Assembly: GCA_964247055.1 (NCBI GenBank)
Contig: OZ176052.1
Span: forward strand, 1,488,001-1,552,000
Direction of reading: 5' to 3'
DNA length: 64,000 nt
Origin: Paragordius varius
Taxonomy: Eukaryota; Animalia; Nematomorpha
The position numbers and the translations under genes were made by a program. Under the pieces are notes generated by a model, which did not search any database, had not been told where the DNA came from, and saw nothing but the letters and a program-made list of their open reading frames with translations. The first letter of the stretch is position 1. Every line of letters begins with the position of its first letter. Positions 55,801 through 64,000 of this stretch are shown here, piece by piece.

Positions 55801-58800
55801 ATTATTTATATATTTTTGATAAATATAATATATAAAAAGGATTTTAATATATTAAATACAATCCTGTATATATTAATTTGGCAATCAATGCTACTATTTT
55901 TGAGTATTGTTAAAAGATTAATTTTAAAAAAATTATTTATAAAAAAAATATTTTTTCGAGTTAAAAGGGTTTTACCCCCTGTGCGAGATCGTAAGCCACG
56001 AATTTCACATCCTTCAGGAACCGAATCGACTAAACTCTTTCTAGGACCGCCCGGGTAATCGGGTCGAGTAAGTTTGAGGTATTTGTAAAGTGAACTTTGT
56101 GACACTTTAAGGAGTTCGGCTAATTTCCTGACATTAAGTTCTGATAGCCCCGATGATGCTAACATATCTATAGTCAAAAAAATATCGATTTAATTAATAT
56201 ACAAGAGACTGCGCAAAAAAAATTCATAATAAAAGTCATATACAATTCAGATTTTTGTCATAGTGGTTGGCAAAAAAATGCAAAAATACTTTTTGTGGGA
56301 AGGAAAAAATAAGCACAAAAAAATTTCCATAATTAATCAATAAAACTGGACTAACCCATAAAAAATTAGCAATTTTAAATTCACCCTTTAACATTTCTTA
56401 AACCTGGAACAAACCTTTGAATTTAATTAAATTTCAACAATTCATAAATAAAGAAATTATTAGATTTAATATATGATTGATTTAAGAATCTATTAAAATT
56501 ATAAAAAACTGACTTAAAATTTAATTTTTTATTAAATTAGACTAGTAAAAGTCAAAATGATTATATATTTTAGACCAAAAATACATAAATGTATGTTAAA
56601 TAAAAATTTAAAGTAGCATGAAGTTTACAAAATATGGAATTAAAATAAATAAAATTAACCCTCTCGTAAGCTTTCTTCGTATAAAATCGTTTTCCAAAAT
56701 TTTATAAATACAATTTGAATTTAATAATAAAAGTTTAGAGTTTATATTTTGTGTATAAAAAATTTAAAAAAATATATAATACAAAATTTATTTAAAACTT
56801 GTGAATGCATCGTCGTTATTCATCCCGTCAATAGCTTCGGAAACATTGGTTTCTAAAAAAGCACAGTAGAGAGAGACATTCCAAAAAATAAATGGATGAT
56901 AAAAATATAATTCTTTACAACAATGTAAATAAGATGGATAAAGCAAAAGGTTTATAAAAAACAATAAATTGGTCATAATGGTCTAAATGCCATTCGTCTC
57001 GCCTGCTTTTTATTATTTATATATATTCGGTTTTAATAAACTTATTTTATATTATGTATGATTTAAAAATTATACTTAGCAATGTACATTTAAGTTTTTT
57101 TTATGTTAACCAATAAAAACCCTTATGGCCATAACCATGTCTGTTCACTGTATATGATTTATCAAAAAAGTAAAGATGAGAATTAAAGTATTACAATAAA
57201 ATTTTGCATAAATAATACCATCGATCCCATTCGTTTTTTGTTTTTTCCTACCACTCTGTCTCCTTATAGCTTCTTCGATAAGAGCATCAGCTTCAAGCAT
57301 TTTTTCTCGAGTCCATTTTATGTATTTGCGTTTATTGTAATTATGATCGGCCGGTGATACCGATGCATTCGAACTTCCACCCATTATTGATTTATTGGGG
57401 TCATTCATATCCATATTATTAGCGTTGTTATCGAAAGCGGTAAATTTTAGGCTTCCCTGACTTCCTATAGATTTGGATTTGGGTCTTCTCTTTTTAGAAT
57501 TATTTCTTGTGGGTCTTGAACCGGTTTTAGCATTCATTTTAGATGAACTTTGGCTTGGCGTTAATGAACCGATCGTGGTGGGGTTTAATTGTTTCGAGCC
57601 GACTTCATGTAATATAAATAATAAATACCATTAAGAATTTTTTTTTAATGAGTGTATAACAAATGACCATTTACAATATTTATATAACTATGTGAATCAC
57701 CTGTTGATCCAGTTGAGAGATCATTTTCTCGTGATATGTTAGAGTTAATGCTTTGATTTTGGAGTTGAGCTATAGAAAAGATAATTACTGACTAAAAAAT
57801 TACCGATATGGTTTGGTGTTAAGCCTTGATGATCTTGTAAATAATTTTGAGCAAAATTGTACCCCATCATTTGATCCACTATAAATAATTTACGTAAATC
57901 ATACTTAATAATTTGGATGGAATGACATAGCCTGTACCATCAATCTGTATTTATTATAAAAAGTGAAATCATTTAATATATAACACCCAATAATGGCATA
58001 AAATTAATAAAATATATTTTACAGATAGATCAGAATTAAGTTTTGCTTTATCACATTCATTTTGATGGTTGATTGCACTTTGGTTGACATTTGTGTTAGC
58101 AGAGGAAGCAGACGAACATTTAGAAAATATTTGGTTTAAAACGGAAAAGTCAGACGATTCATGATCGAGAGTGGTTTTGGGATCACGATGCCCACCGGTC
58201 ATTGAACAATTGGGGGAATGAATGACTAAAACAGTTACATCACAGCAAGAAGCATGAAATGTTTGAGAACAAATGCGAGAACTCGTCAAATTTTCATTCC
58301 TGGCAAAATAAAAAGAGCGCAAAATGGTAAAATATATTCTAAAATTAGAAGATCGTGGAATATGGAAATATTGGTTTTAATAAGATACGCCAATTTATTT
58401 AAACTATATGCAATGGGGCAATTTTAATTTGTAGTCAATGATAAATTCTCGCCCATTACTGGTTACAAAGCAGTCACAACACAACATATTTTCATATTCA
58501 ACAATTACTTTATGATTTCCTAACCCAATCTATTGGTCTACGAAAGAGAATATACCTCTTAAAAGGCGCATATATTTCTTGAGTACTGAGTTCCCATAAA
58601 TCTGGTTTAAGATCTTCGTCGGGTGTTTCATTAGTATCTTTGGAACGATTATTATTGTTACTACCATCATTTTGATGGGATTGTGACATTATAGATGGAT
58701 ATTTTAGATGTGACTTTAATATTGTGGGCGTAAGAATGGCCGACCTTATAAAGGCTAAAAAATTGGTCATAGCTATCCCACCGTTGGCAAGCTGAGAGCC

Positions 58801-60249
58801 TCCATTTGTTTGTTGAAGCATGTTTGAAGGATGATATATCGATGAAGCTGGTGTGGGAATTAGGTTGGATATATTGCTTAAATTCAGCTGATGATTCTGT
58901 TCTTGGTGCTGTTGATGGGAATTATTGTGTGGAATAGGAATGGGAATAGGAGCCGCTATGAATGGCTCCTTAAGTAATCCAGAATTATTTAGATTGTGTA
59001 AAATGTTTTCAACATTACTTCCTCCGCCTAATCCTCCAATACCATTGTTATTACCAGATCCTGTACATCAAACGATATAGAAAATGATTATGGTAATATT
59101 TATGGCAAATATATTGTTGGACCACAAAAAACTAACAGTAACTTTATCCATTCACCATGCATAGTCTTTGGAATTTTCAAATTACGACATAAAATAAATA
59201 ATCTAAACTTAGAAAAAACCTACGATAAAAAACCAAAATACCCAAGTTATTAGGATTGAAAAGATTAGTAGGTAACGTGGATCGTGACAAAAAGTTTGGT
59301 TGTAGGTACGGATATGACATAAATGGCGAAATGTTTTGATTTGAGATATCCAACGGAGATATTGAGGAAGGGATATTGAGTGTGGGATTTAGTCCAAAGT
59401 TAAATCCTAACAATTAAAATAAAAAATATATTTAAAATCAATTAAAAACTGATTAGGAATCCCTGGAGGTGATTTAAATATCTGAGGTAGGTATAATTTA
59501 TTATTCATATACAATATGACTTATATCAGGGGTGTCCAACACGCGACCCTCCAAAAAAATTTCAGCCTGCGAGATATTTTGAATACAAAATTTTATAAAA
59601 TCTAAGTAGTTTTTATAAACAAATTTTTTTAATAACGCTTTCCGAATACGACAATGAACTGGTAAATATTGATAAAATGGATAGTATTTCTCAGTCAGTT
59701 TGAAATTTAATAAAAATATTTATCATAGCCGATATATATTTTAAATGAGGCCCATGGAATTCTTGGACCCGAAAATGCACCCGCGAAAACATTTATATAT
59801 ATATAATATATGTAATTGGAAAAGTAAAAAAACAATAGTTATTCCTACCTCCTTGTGGCGTGACATTAAAATCATGATTTTGTGTTTGATGATTATTCAT
59901 GATTAGGGCAGCATTGTCGGTTTGAAGGAAGGTTGGGGTAAGGGGTGCACCACCACACATACTAAAGCTTTGACCCCGATTAATTCCAACATTGTTTGTG
60001 TTATTGACGGCCCCAAGGAATTGTTCGACACCCAACACATTATTATTACATTGACTACTATTTACAATGTTGCCATTGTTAAGATACGATGATACAGAGC
60101 AACTTTGTTGCGTTATTAAAACATTGTTATCATAACCAACTCCGTTGAACCCATTTATGTTACTGGGTGTGGACAGGGCACTTATAATCGATTTCAAACA
60201 ACTCGACAAATATTCGGCAGTCATGTTACCAACATCCATACATGAGGCC
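49897..60249 (-). CDS. Long Asn/Ser-rich putative DNA-binding protein with pipsqueak-type HTH motifs; 5' end not located
   Basis: Phase-consistent exons include 60249-59849, 59406-59242, 59060-58556, 58299-, ~57600-57210, ~56860-56808, ~56167-55975, ~55535-55200, ~53728-53558, ~52982-, ~52110-51264 and ~50068-49897. Motifs YIKWTREKMLEA..., LNVRKLAELLKVSQSSLYKYLK and LK|VTDIIERLPVHLKCSKDSLRRYLRRL. No ortholog recognised. Confidence 0.65.
53825..54069. mobile_element. MITE family A, copy 7
   Basis: 'gaacaattcaaattcaccctaaaattaaattatgtgttttcgaactaat' core; right end 'gggtgaatttgaattataatgg|tata'. Confidence 0.8.
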
Positions 60250-60320
60250 TATAAAATAGATATGGTTATGTATTGTAAGAAAGATAAAGACCGATATATA
60301 CCTAATTAATTCAAAATATA

Positions 60321-60576
60321 CCTTTTGGAATTCAAATTCACCCTCGAACAAATCAAATTCACTCTTGAACTATACAAATTTACCCTAAAAATAAATTATG
60401 GATTTTCGGGCTAATATATTAAAACATTATTGAATAAATCTTTTTGACATAGTTTATTAATTCTTCAGTGTTATAATTTTGAACAAAATTACAATTTTTT
60501 TAATTATAAAAAATATAGGTAATTTTTAATCTTAAAAACAGATAATTTATTTTAGGGTGATTTGAAGTGTAAATGG
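60321..60576. mobile_element. MITE family A, copy 8
   Basis: tata|ccttttggaattcaaattcaccc ... gggtgatttgaagtgtaaatgg|tata. Confidence 0.88.
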
Positions 60577-63046
60577 TATATCAATACTGTGAAAAATGTA
60601 ACTACGATTTTGTGCAAAATGAGGATACAAATCTGTCATCTTAATGTTTCAAATTCAATTTTAACCTTTACACAAGTAATAGTTTCTATCATGCAATATT
60701 TCCCCAAATAAATTAAATAATCTAAATGAGGGATTTTTAACTGAATTCTAGAGCACCTTCCAATAAAAAAGGCGCCCAAATTGCTCAAGAGATAATTATC
60801 GATTAAAGATTATAGAAAGCGACCGCTGCTTTTTGAACACATTTATATTCCAAACTTTGGCATAATATTGGATTGATTTAATATGTTGCGGCAAAAAACA
60901 TGTCATTTTATATTATGATTGGATACAGGGTTATAAAGTTTAACCAAAATACTCTCGGTACTCTTAATATTTTGGAAACATTGCGATTTCAGACAAAAAA
61001 GCAGAATCCTACAACTGATTGATTATTCTATAAAAATTATTTAAAGTAAGATTTTAAACCCTTACCGTTTAAACGTTTAAAGTAGGACGGATCGTATTAT
61101 AGCATTTAAAAAACTTACTCAACAAAAAAATTTTAAGGGCCTCAAAAAGCCGTTATTTATTTTGTCTTAAGAACCAAGCACTATATAATACCGATAAAAA
61201 TTTCACTGCTGTTTGATGACACATTTTCAGCTAATTATACTGAAAAAGTATTTAAGATTAATATATACATGGCCATAAAAAGAACTTTTAGGGCTGCGGT
61301 TTGAGTACCACTTATATAAGTGACTGACTGTTCTTGCAATTAAAAAACAAAATATTTTAAGATATAAATATAGGATTTCAGAGACCCTTTACCGTTTAAA
61401 CAATTTGAAATATTCGGTAAGGTACCTCAAAATTATATTATTAAAAAGAAATGATATTCCTTAAATTCATAATTCAGGTGTAATCTTATAAAAGCCTAAA
61501 CTATTATTAATATACATTTAATAAGTCATAATAAGTCAATAATAAAATTTAGCTCAAGTTTCTAAAAAATCAGATAATTTAAAAAATCTAAAGATAAGTT
61601 CCAAAAAAGTGGATGTTAAAATTAATTGGGATTGTTGGAAATTATTTAAGAAGACGACTTATAAATTTAGAAATGTAAAGTAAAGTTAAAAATAAAATAT
61701 TTTTAAAAACTTTGACACAATTTTTTTTTATTTTCCGAAAACAAAATAAAAATAAATTCTTAATCATGCTTTACGCTTAAAATTATAAAACATATTGGAT
61801 AATGAGAATAAAAAAAATGTAAAAAGTTACCTTTTCCACAAAATTTTGTGTTATGGAAGAAAAAAAGAGAATGAATCACTTTACAGTATTTCTATAAAAA
61901 AGAGGAAGAATGGTAATGTTATATATGTAGTATAGGCTCTGATTTTATTTTTAACTATACAAATTTTTTACATACATAAAAGCAACATTGTAGAAAAAGA
62001 TATAGCAAATGTTTATGATAAATAACACTAACACTCTTGTTGTAAAAATGATATTCACAGAATTTTTAATGCGTGTTTTACATTGCATGCTGCTAGTTAC
62101 ATGCTATAAAAAGTACAAAAAATGTAATGAGATGGAAAGGAGGAAAAGATAATATCATCTATTTTCTATAAAAAAAATGTGCTGCATAAAAAAAATATAA
62201 AAACAATGCGAAGGACTGACTATTTTATCTATATGAGGATAAAAACAAACAAGAAATGAATGTATGAAAAATAATGTGTTTTGTGTATTTGCTTGAAAAA
62301 TCATCATATAAAGTACAATTAATAAAATGTTTCTTAAACGGTGTTTATCTAAAATTAAAGGTGTAAATTATGTTTTCAATAGCTATTTTATAAAATCTAA
62401 AAAATTTAATCAATCTTCTAATTAAATTATTTAGCTTAAAAGCTAAAATTTAAAACCTTGTACCTCGGACTTAAATAAAAAAAAGTTGCATGAAATGGCT
62501 AAAAAATATCCGTATCTTCAAAATATTTTGACTATGAATTTTTGTATAAAAAATTAAATAAAAGAGTTATAAATTTTATGTATGAAAAATACAGAAATTT
62601 ATATATGTCAAATTTTGGTGTGAGTTATACTTTGGGAAATTCTAGAAGGATGGACATTTACTATTTGGGGTTAAACGGCGTATCCATGTATGAATGGCAA
62701 TAACATGCGCCAAACACCTTCATTATTATTTTTAGCTTAAAGCATAACACTTGAAATCTGAATTTAAATATATAATATACAAGCTGTGCCTGTCACATGT
62801 CGCTATGAAGTATTAGACACCATTGTGGATTTTTCTATAATATATTTTCCAATTATTAAATGTTTTATATTAATTTTAACTTAGGTGTATTTTTCATTAT
62901 ACACAATGGTTAATATAGAGGCTCTTGTATAAAAATTTTGCCTTAAACAAATTTTATTGCCATGATTTTATCCTGGTAGTATCAATATTCGGAAATGGTT
63001 AATAACCACTTTTATATATGGATCTGAATTTAACATATAGTATGGA

Positions 63047-64000
63047 TAAGGTGACCAGACGTCCCGCTTTTTCACACTTTGTCCCGCGTCCCGCTACGTT
63101 TTTAAAATCGCTTTTTCACGATTATCTAAAAAATTTTTTTTATCCGTTTAAATTTTTTATCATAAAATATATTTTAAGTTATTCAATTTTAAATTAAGAT
63201 TTTTTATTTTTAAATTAAAAATATTTATTTTTTTCGTATTTATATCATATGATTATACACTTTGCTTCCTACTACTGTCATCATTATCAAAAAGCCAAGT
63301 TAATACCACAAATCTCTAGATTAAAAGACAAATTAATACCGCAAATCGGTAGCTTAAAGGACAAATTGTACCACAAATCCGTACCTTACATGTTTGTTCC
63401 AGAAAATTAAGGTAATATAATAGTTATTATACTAATAGTAGTTTATAATATGAGCACAAAAAGAGGTTGTAAATTCAACGATAAATTAATGAAAGAATTT
63501 CCTTTTATCAAAACGAAGAATAAATCATTTATGTTTTTTATGCGAGGGGGAATTCACCCTAGAACATGGCGGCAAGCATGATATTACAAAGCAATTGTAA
63601 ACACAGAAACATAAAGAAATATTTGGATATAGCGGCATCATCTTACAAAATGAGTGATTTTTATCGAAAAACCGCTTTTGAAGAGGAAGAGAAGGATTTA
63701 CATTAGCCGAAGGCGTTTTATCTTTTCACGCCGTTTATCAAAATCATTCCTTTAGATCTATGGATTGTACCTCACAAGTTATTCGCACGTTATTCCATAA
63801 AAAATATACATGTGCCCGTACAAAGGCTGAAGCCATTGTGTGCAATGTCCTTTCGCCACAAATATTTTCTGAAATACAAAAAGATTTGCTGAAAATTAAT
63901 TTTTTATCTCTCTACTCTAATGCATCAAATCACCAAGAAACAAAATTATTTCCTACTTTAATAAGATATTTGGATTCAGAAACCGGAGTAAATAAAAATT
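63047..64000 (+). mobile_element. hAT transposon 5' part with transposase pseudogene, running off the window
   Basis: Terminus TAAGGTGACCAGACGTCCCG, subterminal GTCCCG repeats and a 33-bp triplication at ~63300-63390. From ATG 63450: KRGCKFNDKLMKEFPF...HGGKHDI...KHK, then AEGVLSFH...NHSFRSMDCTS...CARTKAEAIVCNV...SNASNH...KLFPTLIRY, with frameshifts and stops. Confidence 0.88.

Overview
Very AT-rich eukaryotic genomic DNA, almost certainly from an animal, with spliced genes and many small DNA transposons. It is not prokaryotic: I found no rRNA, tRNA or CRISPR array, and most short ORFs in the supplied track are exon fragments or artefacts. By hand I assembled six genes. (1) CDK5 (8597-11383, -), complete, 10 exons. 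(2) BCKDHA (12782-21323, -), 7 exons. (3) A DUF229 protein (23717-26335, -). (4) A large, probably ciliary, ASH/Ig-fold protein resembling DLEC1 (~27.8-45.4 kb, -). (5) A cornichon gene absent from the ORF track (45507-46329, +), head-to-head with (4). (6) A long Asn-rich protein with pipsqueak-type HTH motifs (49897 to >60249, -). Many major introns are only 24-35 nt, yet CDK5 keeps a 91-nt AT-AC minor-spliceosome (U12-type) intron at the position known from vertebrates. Long introns and intergenic DNA hold eight copies of one MITE family, nested MITEs, a Helitron, two hAT elements, a PIF/Harbinger pseudogene folded into a ~650-bp intronic hairpin, and a long-TIR element enclosing an unrecognised ORF. 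The species cannot be determined from the sequence. Comparisons with human sequences are from memory and need database confirmation.
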